The translations under genes were made by a program, and so were the position numbers. The notes under the pieces were generated by a model, which was given only the letters and a program-made list of their open reading frames with translations, searched no databases and was not told where the DNA came from. 64,000 nt of DNA from Pseudonocardiaceae bacterium (GTDB taxonomy: Bacteria; Actinomycetota; Actinomycetes; Mycobacteriales; Pseudonocardiaceae): assembly GCA_035948315.1 (NCBI GenBank), contig DASZJG010000010.1, positions 24,815 to 88,814 on the forward strand, in the 5' to 3' direction. This document shows, in pieces, positions 45,408-55,189 of the stretch. Numbering within the stretch: position 1 is the first letter of the stretch; every line of letters begins with the position of its first letter.

Positions 45408-46286
45408 ATGCGCCGTAGGCTCATCCGGACCGTGCTCGCGCTCGCCCTTGCCGTTGGCGGAATCGCCGTCGGGGGCACGGCGAGCGCGGCTACCGCGGCT
45501 GGTGGGTACGACAACCCGTCCTGCCAACCCTCGGCCGCGCATCCGTCGCCCGTCGTGCTGCTGCACGGCCTCGGCGGCAACGGACCGGGCAATGTCGGCC
45601 CGATCGCCCTGCAACTCGCGGCGGCGGGCTACTGCACGTTCGACCTGACCTATGGCGAGGAGGCACCCGGCATTCCGGTCGGCGGCCTCGTCGACGTCGA
45701 TCAGTCCGCCCAACAGATCAAGGCGTTCATCGAACAGGTCCGCGCCGAGACAGGTGCGGCCAAAGTGGACATCATCGGGCACTCCGAGGGTGGTTTCCAG
45801 TCGCTCTACGTGCCCAAGGAACTGGGCATCGCGAGCGAGGTCGACAAGGTGGTCGCGCTCGCGCCGCCGACGCACGGCACCACGTTCGCCGGGCTGGTCA
45901 GCGTCGCGAACACGTTGCAACTGCGGCAACTCGTCGATCAGGTGCTCAAGCAGTTCGGCTGCGCGGCGTGCGACGAACTGATCACCGGCGGGTCCGGCGT
46001 GGTCAAGCTGGACACCGGGCCGATCGCCCAGCCCGGCATCGACTACACGGTGATCGCCTCGCGCAGCGATGAACTGGTCACCCCGCACCAGTCGGCGACG
46101 ACCGCGGAGACCGCGTTCATCGACGAGCCCGGCGTCACCAACGAGTACGTGCAGGACGCGTGCCCGTTCGACCCGGTCGGCCACATCGGACTCGCCTACG
46201 ACCTCGATGTGGAGAACATGATCGCCAACGCGCTCGATCCGGCGCATGCCGGGCCGGTCACGTGCAGCTTCGGGCCGCCTTTCTGA
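45408..46286 (+). CDS. Secreted lipase/esterase (lipase class 2-like)
   Basis: AAGGAG RBS, signal peptide, PVVLLHG, KVDIIGHSEG nucleophile elbow, VGHIGL. Confidence 0.85.
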   Translation: MRRRLIRTVLALALAVGGIAVGGTASAATAAGGYDNPSCQPSAAHPSPVVLLHGLGGNGPGNVGPIALQLAAAGYCTFDLTYGEEAPGIPVGGLVDVDQSAQQIKAFIEQVRAETGAAKVDIIGHSEGGFQSLYVPKELGIASEVDKVVALAPPTHGTTFAGLVSVANTLQLRQLVDQVLKQFGCAACDELITGGSGVVKLDTGPIAQPGIDYTVIASRSDELVTPHQSATTAETAFIDEPGVTNEYVQDACPFDPVGHIGLAYDLDVENMIANALDPAHAGPVTCSFGPPF

Positions 46287-46314
46287 CGAACGCCCGACGA
46301 GCGCGGGGCCGGTG

Positions 46315-46659
46315 TCAGCCGGCCCCGCGCGGCGCGTACATGATCAGTCCGACGCCGACCAGGCACACCACCGCGCCGATGATGTCGAAGCGGTCCGGCC
46401 GGTAACCGTCCACGACCATGCCCCAGACGAGCGACCCTGCCACGAAGATTCCGCCGTATGCGGCGAGAATCCGGCCGAACTGGCTGCTCGGCTGCAACGT
46501 GGCCACGAAACCGTAGGCGCCCAGGGCCAGCACGCCACCGGTCAGCCACAGCCAGCCCCGGTGTTCGCGCACCCCCTGCCACACCAGCCAGGCCCCGCCG
46601 ATCTCGAACAGGGCGGCGACGACGAACAGCAGCACGGAACGCAGGGGCAGCAACGTCAC
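46315..46659 (-). CDS. ynfA: YnfA/UPF0060-family small membrane protein
   Basis: [34 protein letters not shown]. Confidence 0.85.
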   Translation of the reverse strand: MTLLPLRSVLLFVVAALFEIGGAWLVWQGVREHRGWLWLTGGVLALGAYGFVATLQPSSQFGRILAAYGGIFVAGSLVWGMVVDGYRPDRFDIIGAVVCLVGVGLIMYAPRGAG

Positions 46660-47879
46660 TCCGAGATCTCGGTGGGTTTGGCCAGGTCCAGTGCGCGGAT
46701 GCGGGGCGCGGCCAGCGCGACGAAACCGGTGAGCAGCGGGAACACGATCAGCGCGATGGACAGGCTGGAATGGCCGGCGACCAGGCCGATCAGCGGTGGG
46801 CCGACCATGAAGCCGATCCAGCCGACCGCGGACACCGTGGCCACCGCGGTGCCGGCGGCCATATCGGGCTGGTTGCCGGCGGCACTGAACACCATCGGAA
46901 TGATGGACGCCAACCCAACACCGAACAACCCGAACCCGATGATGCCGGCGACCGGGTTGCCGATGACGAGCGCGGTGCCGATGCCGACGGTGGCGATGGC
47001 CGCGCAGACGCTGATCACCTGGCGCGGGCTGTACCGGCGCAGCAGCCGGGCGCCCAGCAGCCGCACCGTGACCATCATCAGGGTGAACGCGGTGTAGGCA
47101 AGGCCGGCGACGGCGGGCTGCGCGTGCAGGGTGTCGCGCATGTACACGGCGGACCAGTTGCCGGTGCCGCCCTCGGTGAGCAGGCCGGCGAACGCGATGG
47201 TGCCGAGGATCACCAGCGTCGCGCTCGGCCTGCGCCGCCGTCGGGCGGTGTGGTGGTGGTGGTGTTCGTGCACCGGGTCGTCGAGCATGCGCCCGATCAG
47301 GACCAGCGCGATGATCACGGTCACCACGCCGAGCGCGAGCAGCTGCCAGGTCAACGTGACGCCGAGCGCGACGGCGGCCACGCCGATGCCGGAGCCGACC
47401 AGCGAGCCGATGCTCCAGCTGCCGTGCATCTTGCCCATGATCGGCCTGCCGAGCTCCCGTTCGACATTGATGGCCTGCGTGTTCATCGCGACGTCGAGCC
47501 CGCCCGCGAACAGCCCCCAGACGGCCAGCGCGGCGAACAGCTCAGCGATCGAACCGGACAGTCCCACCAGGATCCCGGCGAGGCAGTAGCCGATCGCGCC
47601 CACCCGGACGACGCTGCGGCTGCCGAACCGGGCCAGGATCACGCCGGCCAGCAGGGTCGCGGTGACCGAGCCGACCGACTCGCCGAGCAGCGCGATGCCG
47701 AGCTGGCCGTCGCCGATGTTCAGTGCGGCCTTGACCTGCGGCACGTGCGCCGTCCACGAGGCGAACAGGATGCCGTGGATGACGAACACGACGTTCACCG
47801 CGAGCCGGGCTCGTCGCGCCGCCACTATGTCCACAGTGGACTTGTACGGCCTTGGCAGCACGCGTTCCCCCTCAGCCAT
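46656..47879 (-). CDS. MFS transporter
   Basis: [20 protein letters not shown]...[11 protein letters not shown], 12 TM helices. Confidence 0.85.
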   Translation of the reverse strand: MAEGERVLPRPYKSTVDIVAARRARLAVNVVFVIHGILFASWTAHVPQVKAALNIGDGQLGIALLGESVGSVTATLLAGVILARFGSRSVVRVGAIGYCLAGILVGLSGSIAELFAALAVWGLFAGGLDVAMNTQAINVERELGRPIMGKMHGSWSIGSLVGSGIGVAAVALGVTLTWQLLALGVVTVIIALVLIGRMLDDPVHEHHHHHTARRRRRPSATLVILGTIAFAGLLTEGGTGNWSAVYMRDTLHAQPAVAGLAYTAFTLMMVTVRLLGARLLRRYSPRQVISVCAAIATVGIGTALVIGNPVAGIIGFGLFGVGLASIIPMVFSAAGNQPDMAAGTAVATVSAVGWIGFMVGPPLIGLVAGHSSLSIALIVFPLLTGFVALAAPRIRALDLAKPTEISE

Positions 47880-48630
47880 AACGGACCTCGATGCCGAGGC
47901 CGGTCAGGGCCGCGTGAGTCGAATCGGGCAGTTGGTCGTCGGTCACCAGCACGTCGACCTTGGTCAGCGGCGCGATCACGGCCATCGTCGTCCTGGTGAA
48001 CTTGGTGGAGTCCGCGGCCAGCACGACCCGGGTGGCCACGTCGATCGCGGCGGCCTTGATGGCCGCGTCGGCCAGGCTGATGGCGGTCAGACCGGCCGAA
48101 ATGGACACTCCGCAGCAGGTGATGACCGCGGTGTCGAACCGCAGCGCGCGCACGGTCACCTCGGCGAGCGGTCCGGTCGCGGTCAGCTCGACCGGACGCA
48201 ACTCGCCGCCGGGGAGGATCACCCTGGTCGGCGGCGCGTCGGCGAGCACGTCGGCGGCCCGCAGCGAGAGCGGCAGCACGGTCAGCGGGCGCCCGGCGAT
48301 CGCTCTGGCCACCGCGAGGCCGGTGGTGCCGCTGTCCAGCAGGACGACCTCGCCGTCGTCGACCAGCTCGCCGACGACCTTGGCTATCCGCTCCTTCTCC
48401 GCGCCTGCCTGCACCTCGCGCACCGGGAACGGCAGTTCGTCGCCCTGGCCGAGCAGGCTCACCGCGCCGCCCCGCACCCGGCGCAGCACGCCCAGCGGGG
48501 CCAGTTCCTCCAGGTCGCGGCGGATGGTGACCTCGGACGTGCCGAGCGCGTCGGCCAGCTCGGTGACGCTGACCCGGCCGAGGTTTCGAACATGATCAAT
48601 GATCGATTGATGCCGTTCCGAAAGGCTCAC
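47872..48630 (-). CDS. DeoR/GlpR-family regulator
   Basis: ERHQSII...VSVTELA...SEVTIRRDL, LLDSGTT. Confidence 0.9.
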   Translation of the reverse strand: MSLSERHQSIIDHVRNLGRVSVTELADALGTSEVTIRRDLEELAPLGVLRRVRGGAVSLLGQGDELPFPVREVQAGAEKERIAKVVGELVDDGEVVLLDSGTTGLAVARAIAGRPLTVLPLSLRAADVLADAPPTRVILPGGELRPVELTATGPLAEVTVRALRFDTAVITCCGVSISAGLTAISLADAAIKAAAIDVATRVVLAADSTKFTRTTMAVIAPLTKVDVLVTDDQLPDSTHAALTGLGIEVRYG

Positions 48631-48783
48631 CTGACCATATCAACACGTCGGATGTTCAACAAGCAAGCTACGCGCGTACGGAACGGTTCCGTGCCTCATA
48701 GCGCCGACCCCGATCCACCCCCGAAACCGGACCGTGCAGAATGCTCAGCCGAACCAGCCACCGGTTGCGTCGGGGAGAAGCTC

Positions 48784-49974
48784 ATGACGGCTCGGGTGAT
48801 GATCATCGGTGCGGGTATCGGCGGGAGTGCGACCGCCCTCGCGCTGCACAAGGCAGGGTTCGAGGTCGCCGTCTACGAGGCACATCCGGAAACCGGCGAG
48901 GACATCGGCGCCTTCCTCACCCTGGCCAGCAACGGAATGCAGGCGCTGGGCCAGATCGACGCGGCGGCCCCGGTCGCCGAGGTCGGCTTCGCGCTGACCT
49001 CGATCACGGTGTTGGCCGAGGACGGCGCGGTGCTCAGCAACGCCCCGCTCGGCGCGCACGAGGATCCGCTGACCCGGTTCCGCTGCCTGCGCAGGGCCCA
49101 ACTCGGCGCCGCGCTGCGCGCCGAGGTCGGCAAGCGCGGCATCCCGATCACCCACGGCGCCCGCCTCGCCTCGGCGACCGAGGACGCCGCCGGCGTCACC
49201 ATCACCTTCCGGGACGGCGAAACCGCGCGTGGCGACGTGGTGATCGGCGCCGACGGCCTGAACTCCACTCTGCGCAGCCTGATCGACCCCGACTCGCCCG
49301 CGCCGCGCTACGCCGGACAGCGCGTGTTCTACGGCTACACCAAGGACATCAAGCCCAAGTGCGAGCCAGAGGAGATCACCATGATCCCCGGCAGCACGGC
49401 GGCGTTCGGCTTCGCGGTGTCGCCGATCGGCGAAACCTACTGGTTCGCCCGCGTGCCGAACGAAAAACCGCTGCGTGCCACGGAAATGGCGGCGACCACG
49501 TCGGCCCAGTGGCGCGACCTGCTCGTCCCCCTCCTGCGCGCCGACAACACGCCCGCCGGCGACATCGTCGCGGCCACCAAACAGGAACTGCTCGTCACCA
49601 ACGCCCGCGACCTGCCGGACCTCGGCACCTGGCGCACGGCTCGGATGCTGGTCATCGGCGACGCCGCGCACGCCGCCTCCCCGGCGACCGGCCAGGGCGC
49701 GTCCATGGCCATCGAGGACGCCGTCGTACTGGCCAAGGCGTTACGCGACACCGAAACCGTCGAGGCCGGATTCGCCTTGTACGAGCAGGTTCGCCGGCCG
49801 CGCGTCGCCAAGAACATCGCCAACAGCGCGCGGATGACCGTGAGCCGGATGCCCGACCGTGAACAGCGCGCGATCGACAACGAGGTCATCCGCCAACGCC
49901 AGCTCCAGCCCTCGCCCCGGTTGGCCGACGACGACCTGTCCCGCCAGATCGACTGGCAGACGGCGCTCGCCTGA
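48784..49974 (+). CDS. FAD-dependent monooxygenase (class A)
   Basis: IIGAGIGG, VIGADGLNS, IGDAAHAASPATGQGASMAIEDA. Confidence 0.9.
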   Translation: MTARVMIIGAGIGGSATALALHKAGFEVAVYEAHPETGEDIGAFLTLASNGMQALGQIDAAAPVAEVGFALTSITVLAEDGAVLSNAPLGAHEDPLTRFRCLRRAQLGAALRAEVGKRGIPITHGARLASATEDAAGVTITFRDGETARGDVVIGADGLNSTLRSLIDPDSPAPRYAGQRVFYGYTKDIKPKCEPEEITMIPGSTAAFGFAVSPIGETYWFARVPNEKPLRATEMAATTSAQWRDLLVPLLRADNTPAGDIVAATKQELLVTNARDLPDLGTWRTARMLVIGDAAHAASPATGQGASMAIEDAVVLAKALRDTETVEAGFALYEQVRRPRVAKNIANSARMTVSRMPDREQRAIDNEVIRQRQLQPSPRLADDDLSRQIDWQTALA

Positions 49975-50002
49975 CGCCCTACGGTCGTTGACAATCCCGG
50001 CT

Positions 50003-50212
50003 GGGTGGAGTGCCCCTTGCCCGCCCTCGTCGTCACGGATCCGCACGCGGTGGTGTGCCGTGCCCGGTGCCCCGTCACCTGTGCGCCGTGCTGGGCTGCC
50101 CTGTCACTGGGAGTCGAACCCAACGCTGCCCGCCGCGTTCCATCGAGGTGGGCCGATTTCCCCGTCGACCCTCGGGTTGTGCACGCCTCCGCGACGACTA
50201 CCTGCTCCACCC
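50003..50212 (-). ncRNA. Candidate structured ncRNA or 3' RNA element associated with the DIP1984-family gene
   Basis: Nested long-range stems GGGTGGAG/CTCCACCC and GTCGTCGCGG/CCGTGACGAC; T-loop hairpin CGTTGGG-TTCGACT-CCCAGTG (50125-50105); extra hairpin CGAGG..CCTCG; clustered GCAC repeats. Confidence 0.6.
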
Positions 50213-50216
50213 GTTC

Positions 50217-50684
50217 TCAGTCCAGCAGTTCGATCTCCCAGTTGGCCTGCTGGATGCGCACGTCGAGTTCGCGCAGCTCGCGCGCCAACTCGTCGGCCTG
50301 CTGGCGCAGCGCGGCGACCGGGAGGGCGGCCAGCATCTTCAGCTCCGAGCGGAGCTGGCGGCCACCGTACTCGTTGCGGCCCGCGGCCGCGTCGGCCGCC
50401 GCGGTGATCACCGAGTGCCGGGTGCGCAGCACGTCGCGCCGCGCCAGGGCGTCGGTGACCGTGCCGTCCGCGCCGATGTGCGCGGCCGCGTTGGTGCGGT
50501 TGATGCGGCGGATCAGGTCTTCCAGCTCAACGAGCACCTCGCCCGCTTGGTCCAACAGCACGCGGGCGTCCTCGGAGGGCTCCTCACCCTCCTGGTAGCG
50601 CGCGTTGGCGACGATCCGGGACCGCAACTGCTCGACCCGGCGCGTGGCGTCGGCCCGCAGCGCCAAAGCCTCGGCAACCTTCAT
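50217..50684 (-). CDS. DIP1984-family (coiled-coil) protein
   Basis: MKVAEALALRAD...RIVANARYQEGEEPSEDA...LIRRINRTN...TDALARRD...LRELDVRIQQANW; start overlaps the ABC stop (ATGA). Confidence 0.85.
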   Translation of the reverse strand: MKVAEALALRADATRRVEQLRSRIVANARYQEGEEPSEDARVLLDQAGEVLVELEDLIRRINRTNAAAHIGADGTVTDALARRDVLRTRHSVITAAADAAAGRNEYGGRQLRSELKMLAALPVAALRQQADELARELRELDVRIQQANWEIELLD

Positions 50685-53600
50685 GTTCGCACCCCCGTAC
50701 CTGATCCGGATCGGCCAAGTATGGGACCTCCGCCGGATTCGGCCAACCGGTTTTCGCCGTTGCCGCCGACCAGTTCGAACGCCCGCCACATGGAGGCGTA
50801 TTTTCCTTCGATGACAAGGAGTTCGTCGTGCGTGCCGGACTCGGCGATCTGGCCCTTGTCGAGTACGACGATCCGGTCGGCGGTCTTCGCGGTCTGCAAC
50901 CGGTGCGCGATCACGATCGTGGTCCGGTTGTGCGACAACCGCTGCATGGCCCCGGCCACATGCGCCTCGGTCACCAGGTCCAGATTGGACGTTGCCTCGT
51001 CGAGCAACAGCACGGTCGGGTCGACGAGTTCGGCTCGGGCGAGCGCGATCAGCTGGCGTTGACCGGCCGAGAGCGAACGGCCGCGTTCGGCCATGGCGTG
51101 CAGGTAGCCGCCGGGCAGGCCGGCGATGAACTCGTGCGCGCCGACCGCGCGGGCCGCCGCCTCCACCTCGGCATCGCTGGCATCAGGACGACCGTAGGCG
51201 ATGTTGTCGCGAACGCTGCCGGAGAACAGGAAACCCTCCTGCGGCACGTAGCCGAGTTGTCGGCGGAACTCGTGCAGGTCGAGCGCGCGCAGGTCGTGCC
51301 CGTCCAGTCGGACGCTGCCGGCATCCGGATCGTAGAAGCGCGCGAGCAGCTTCATCACGGTCGACTTGCCGGCTCCGGTCTCGCCGACGATCGCGACGGT
51401 CTCCCCCGGCGCGATACGCAGGTCGATGCCGCGCAACGCCTCCGGCAGTTTGGCCGGTGTCGCGTCCGCGTTGCGGGGAAGGCGGGCATCGGCCGGGCCG
51501 AGACGTTGGGGGCCGCGGGCCGGCCAACTCGTGACGGCGGGATAGGAGAAGCGGACCGCGTCCAGGACGAGTTCGCCGCGGGTCGCGTCGATGTGTCGCG
51601 GCCGTTCCGGTTGCGGGGTGAGGGTGTCCAACCGCATCAGCTGCGCGATCCGGCTGACCGAGACGCGGGTCTGCTGCCAGGCGTCGAATACCTGCGACAG
51701 CTGCTGGATCGGCGCGAAGAACATGTCGATGTAGAGCATGAACGCGATGAGCGCACCGGTGGTGAGCTGACCGGTCGCGATCAGGCCGGCACCGACGCCG
51801 AGCACGATCGCGTCGGCCCCCGCCGACAGGAACTGGACGAAGGGAAAGTAGACCGCGACGAGTCGCTGGGCGGCCACTCGGGACGCGAGGTAGTCGCGGC
51901 CGAGCCGGTGGAAGCGTTGCCTGGTCAGCGGTTCGTGGGTGAACGCCTGGGACTCGCGGACGCCGGAGAGGCTTTCCTGGAAGTCGGCGTTGACGATGGC
52001 GATGCGCTCCCTGGCGAGGTCGTAGAGGCGCGCGGCCCTGCGTCGGAAGATCACCGTGCCGATGGCCAGCGGCACGACGACGGTCAGCGTCCACAGGCCG
52101 AGTTCGGGGTTGATCAGCACGATGGCGACGCCGACACCGACGAAGGTGACCAGCGAGACGAGCGCGGAGAGCAGCCCGTTCTCGATCAGCGACTCGAACT
52201 GGTCGACGTCGGTGGTCATCCTGGTCATGATCCGGCCGGCCATCTCGCGCTCGTAGTAGTCGAGCGAAAGGCGTTGCAGCTGGGCCCAGATCCGCACGCG
52301 CAGCGACAGCATGATCCGCTCGGCCGCGCGTCCGGTGACGAAGGTTTCGCCGATCTGATCGACCAGGTCGGCTAGCGTGACCACGAGGAACAGGCCGGAC
52401 GCGAGGAACAGCACGGTCTGCGAGCCCGCGGTGACCCCATTGTCCACACCGGACTTGACCAGGATCGGCCCGGCCAGGCCGGCGAGCGCGTCGATGACGA
52501 CCAGGATCAGGCCGATCAGCAGCGGCCGGCGGAACTCGCGCAGGATGGTCAGCAGCCGGAAACCCTTGTCGTGCCGGGATTCCTTGGCCACGTCGACGTC
52601 GGGGAAGTCGCGGACCGGTGGCAGCGCGGCGACTCTGGCCAGCAGTTCGGGGGTGGGCGCGAGGTTGAGTCGCCAGCCGCCGCCCGCGCTGCCGCCGAGG
52701 CCGGGACCGATGCTGACCGCGCCGACCTGGCGTGCCGCGCCGTTGGCGGCCGGGGTCTCGGCCAACGCGGCGGACCAGGCGGAATCGGTCTTGGTCAGGG
52801 TGGCGAGGGTTTCGATGCGGTCGCCGACCTTGGCGGCGACGTCCTCCTCCAGTCCGGACAGCAGTGTCCGGTACATGGCGCTGCGTTCGACGAGTTCGGC
52901 GTGCGTGCCCTGTTCGACGACGCGGCCCCCGTCGAGGACGACGATCCGGTCGGCGAGGTGCAGCGTGGAGCGGCGGTGCGCGATCAGCAGGGTGGTGCGG
53001 TCGGCGAGGACGCCGCGCAGCGCGTCGTGCACGGCCTCCTCGATCGTGGCGTCGATGGCGCTGGTCGCGTCGTCCAGGATGAGGATGCGCGGATCGGTGA
53101 GGATGGCGCGGGCCAGCGCGATGCGTTGGCGTTGGCCGCCGGAGAGGGTCAGGCCGCGCTCGCCGACCATGGTGTCGTAGCCATCGGGCAGCGCCATGAT
53201 GAACTCGTGCGCCGCTGCCGTGCGGGCCGCTGCCTCGATCTCGGCGTCGGTCGCGTCGGGCCTGCCGTAGGCGATGTTCTCGCGAACCGTTTCGGAGAAC
53301 AGGAAACTGTCCTCGAACGCGACGCCGACCTGGCGCCGCAACGACGTCAGCGTGACCGTGCGCAGGTCGTGCCCGTCGACGAGCACCGCGCCGGAATCCG
53401 GGTCGTTGAACCGGGAGACGAGCATGGCCACGGTGGATTTCCCGCTGCCGCTCGGGCCGACGATCGCGACCCGCTCCCCCGCCGCGATGTGCAGGTCGAA
53501 GCCGTCGAGCACGGGGTGGTCGGCGTCGTAGCCGAACCGGACGTCGGCGAAGGTGATCTCACCGCGGATCTCGGGCAGTTCCTCGGCTTCGTCGGCGTCG

Positions 53601-54577
53601 GCGATGGCGGGCCGCAGGTCGAGCAGTTGGAAGATCCGTTCGACGCCGGCCCGCGCCTGCTGAGCGATCGTGAGCACACCGGCGAGTTGGCGGGCCGGCG
53701 CGACGAACTGGGCGACGTAGGTGGAGAACGCGAGGAACGTGCCTAGGGTGATCTCGTGGCGCAGCGCGAGCCAACCGCCGAAGGCGAGGATGGCGACCTG
53801 GCCGATGGCCGGGACGGCCTCCAGCAGCGGCTGATAGCGGGACTGGAGCCGGACCGCGCGCATCCGCGACCCGAACAGGGATTTCGCCGCGGCGACGATC
53901 CGGCCGAGTTCGCGTTCCTCCTGCCCGAACGCCTTCACCACGCGCACGCCGTTGACGTCCTCGTCGACGATCTGCGCGACGTCGCCCTCGCGCTGCTGCC
54001 CGTCCCAGGTGGCCGGGAAGACGCGCCAGCGCATCCGGTAGGAGACCGCGACCAGCACGGGCGCGACGACCAGGCTGACCAGCGCCAACAGCGGCGAGAG
54101 GTAGAACATCACGCCGAGCGAGAGCAGCATCAGCAGCAGGTTGCCGCTCATGATCGGGAAGAAGTTGAGCAGGCCCTGGACCAGCGTGGAGTCGGAGTTG
54201 GCGCGGGCGACGAGTTGCCCGGTGGACATCCGGTCGAGGTTGGCGAGGTCCATGGTCTGCAGGTGGTCGTGCATCTCGTTGCGCAGGTCGTACTGCACTT
54301 CGAGGCCGACCCGACCGCCCCGGTACCGGCGCAGGTAGGTGAAGCCGAAGCTGGCCACGGCGACCGCGACGAGCAGCAGCAGCCACGGCCACAGCGGCGA
54401 GTCGCGCTGGACGACGACGCCGTCCACGATCTGCCGGGCGATCAGCGGAACAAGGGTCTGGCAGGCGCTGCCGAGCAGGGCTCCGGTGAGCGCGAGCAGC
54501 ACGTTGCGTCGGTGTTTGAGCAGGTAGCCGGCGAGGCGACGGAGCCAGCCGGGGGTGCGTGTTTCGGCGTCCGTCAT
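50681..54577 (-). CDS. Full-length (TMD-NBD)x2 multidrug-type ABC exporter
   Basis: Two TMDs; GPSGSGKS/LSGGQRQR and GETGAGKS/LSAGQRQL NBDs. Confidence 0.9.
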   Translation of the reverse strand: MTDAETRTPGWLRRLAGYLLKHRRNVLLALTGALLGSACQTLVPLIARQIVDGVVVQRDSPLWPWLLLLVAVAVASFGFTYLRRYRGGRVGLEVQYDLRNEMHDHLQTMDLANLDRMSTGQLVARANSDSTLVQGLLNFFPIMSGNLLLMLLSLGVMFYLSPLLALVSLVVAPVLVAVSYRMRWRVFPATWDGQQREGDVAQIVDEDVNGVRVVKAFGQEERELGRIVAAAKSLFGSRMRAVRLQSRYQPLLEAVPAIGQVAILAFGGWLALRHEITLGTFLAFSTYVAQFVAPARQLAGVLTIAQQARAGVERIFQLLDLRPAIADADEAEELPEIRGEITFADVRFGYDADHPVLDGFDLHIAAGERVAIVGPSGSGKSTVAMLVSRFNDPDSGAVLVDGHDLRTVTLTSLRRQVGVAFEDSFLFSETVRENIAYGRPDATDAEIEAAARTAAAHEFIMALPDGYDTMVGERGLTLSGGQRQRIALARAILTDPRILILDDATSAIDATIEEAVHDALRGVLADRTTLLIAHRRSTLHLADRIVVLDGGRVVEQGTHAELVERSAMYRTLLSGLEEDVAAKVGDRIETLATLTKTDSAWSAALAETPAANGAARQVGAVSIGPGLGGSAGGGWRLNLAPTPELLARVAALPPVRDFPDVDVAKESRHDKGFRLLTILREFRRPLLIGLILVVIDALAGLAGPILVKSGVDNGVTAGSQTVLFLASGLFLVVTLADLVDQIGETFVTGRAAERIMLSLRVRIWAQLQRLSLDYYEREMAGRIMTRMTTDVDQFESLIENGLLSALVSLVTFVGVGVAIVLINPELGLWTLTVVVPLAIGTVIFRRRAARLYDLARERIAIVNADFQESLSGVRESQAFTHEPLTRQRFHRLGRDYLASRVAAQRLVAVYFPFVQFLSAGADAIVLGVGAGLIATGQLTTGALIAFMLYIDMFFAPIQQLSQVFDAWQQTRVSVSRIAQLMRLDTLTPQPERPRHIDATRGELVLDAVRFSYPAVTSWPARGPQRLGPADARLPRNADATPAKLPEALRGIDLRIAPGETVAIVGETGAGKSTVMKLLARFYDPDAGSVRLDGHDLRALDLHEFRRQLGYVPQEGFLFSGSVRDNIAYGRPDASDAEVEAAARAVGAHEFIAGLPGGYLHAMAERGRSLSAGQRQLIALARAELVDPTVLLLDEATSNLDLVTEAHVAGAMQRLSHNRTTIVIAHRLQTAKTADRIVVLDKGQIAESGTHDELLVIEGKYASMWRAFELVGGNGENRLAESGGGPILGRSGSGTGVRT

Positions 54578-55023
54578 CGGCCGCCGCCACGGCGCCGGGT
54601 GGCCATCCGTTCCTCGGCGACCTCCTCGATGGCCGCGCCGAGCCACACCAGCGACTCAAGCAGTTGCTCCCCGTCCGGAGTGCGCGTCTGTAGTTCGGTG
54701 AGTCTTTCGATCATGGCTGTCTCCACGTTGTCCAGTAGGGCGCGACCGGCGTCGGTCAGCCGCAGTGCGGCGGCACGCTGGTCGCCCGCGACCTCGGAGC
54801 GCGCGATCAGGCCACGTTGGCTGAGCGACTCGACGGCGGCGCTCACGGCGGGTTTGCCGAGCGCGAGCCGCTCCGCGACCCGGGAGGCGCGTTCGTCGCC
54901 GCCGGCGATCGCGGACAGCACCCGGTAGTGCGCCAGGCTCAGCTCGCCGGACACCCGCTCCAGAATTCGGGCAGCGCGGGCCAGGGCGCGCACGGCGTCA
55001 ACGGCTCTCGTTCGATCGGTCAC
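54574..55023 (-). CDS. MarR-family regulator
   Basis: LSLAHYRVL, ERLALGKPAVSAAVESL, GDQRAAALRLTDAG; coupled to the ABC gene. Confidence 0.85.
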   Translation of the reverse strand: MTDRTRAVDAVRALARAARILERVSGELSLAHYRVLSAIAGGDERASRVAERLALGKPAVSAAVESLSQRGLIARSEVAGDQRAAALRLTDAGRALLDNVETAMIERLTELQTRTPDGEQLLESLVWLGAAIEEVAEERMATRRRGGGR

Positions 55024-55039
55024 CCACCCAGGATAGCAA

Positions 55040-55062
55040 AGTGGTTCGCTTATCGAACTACT
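55040..55062. promoter_or_regulatory. Putative MarR operator
   Basis: AGTGGTTCG-CTTAT-CGAACTACT inverted repeat (8 of 9 matches), 17 nt upstream of the marR start. Confidence 0.5.
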
Positions 55063-55189
55063 TCATGCGTTGGCTCGGTCCATCGAGCGGTTGGATAAGC
55101 TGCCGGCCGAGCGCCCCGAACGTGACGCCACAGGCGACGGTTACCGTGGGACGGATAATCCCACTGAGCAACGAGGCTGGTGAAGCACG

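Noticed and set aside
44649-46247. 532-aa ORF ending in a TetR domain
   Set aside because: The upstream part is antisense to the lipase; TetR starts at about 45260.
47662-49974. 770-aa ORF suggesting a fused monooxygenase
   Set aside because: The first ~370 aa are antisense to the MFS and DeoR genes; the real protein starts at ATG 48784.
50105-50125. tRNA gene suggested by GGTTCGACTCC
   Set aside because: There is no acceptor, D and anticodon arm arrangement or CCA at tRNA spacing. Kept only as a T-loop module of the larger RNA candidate.
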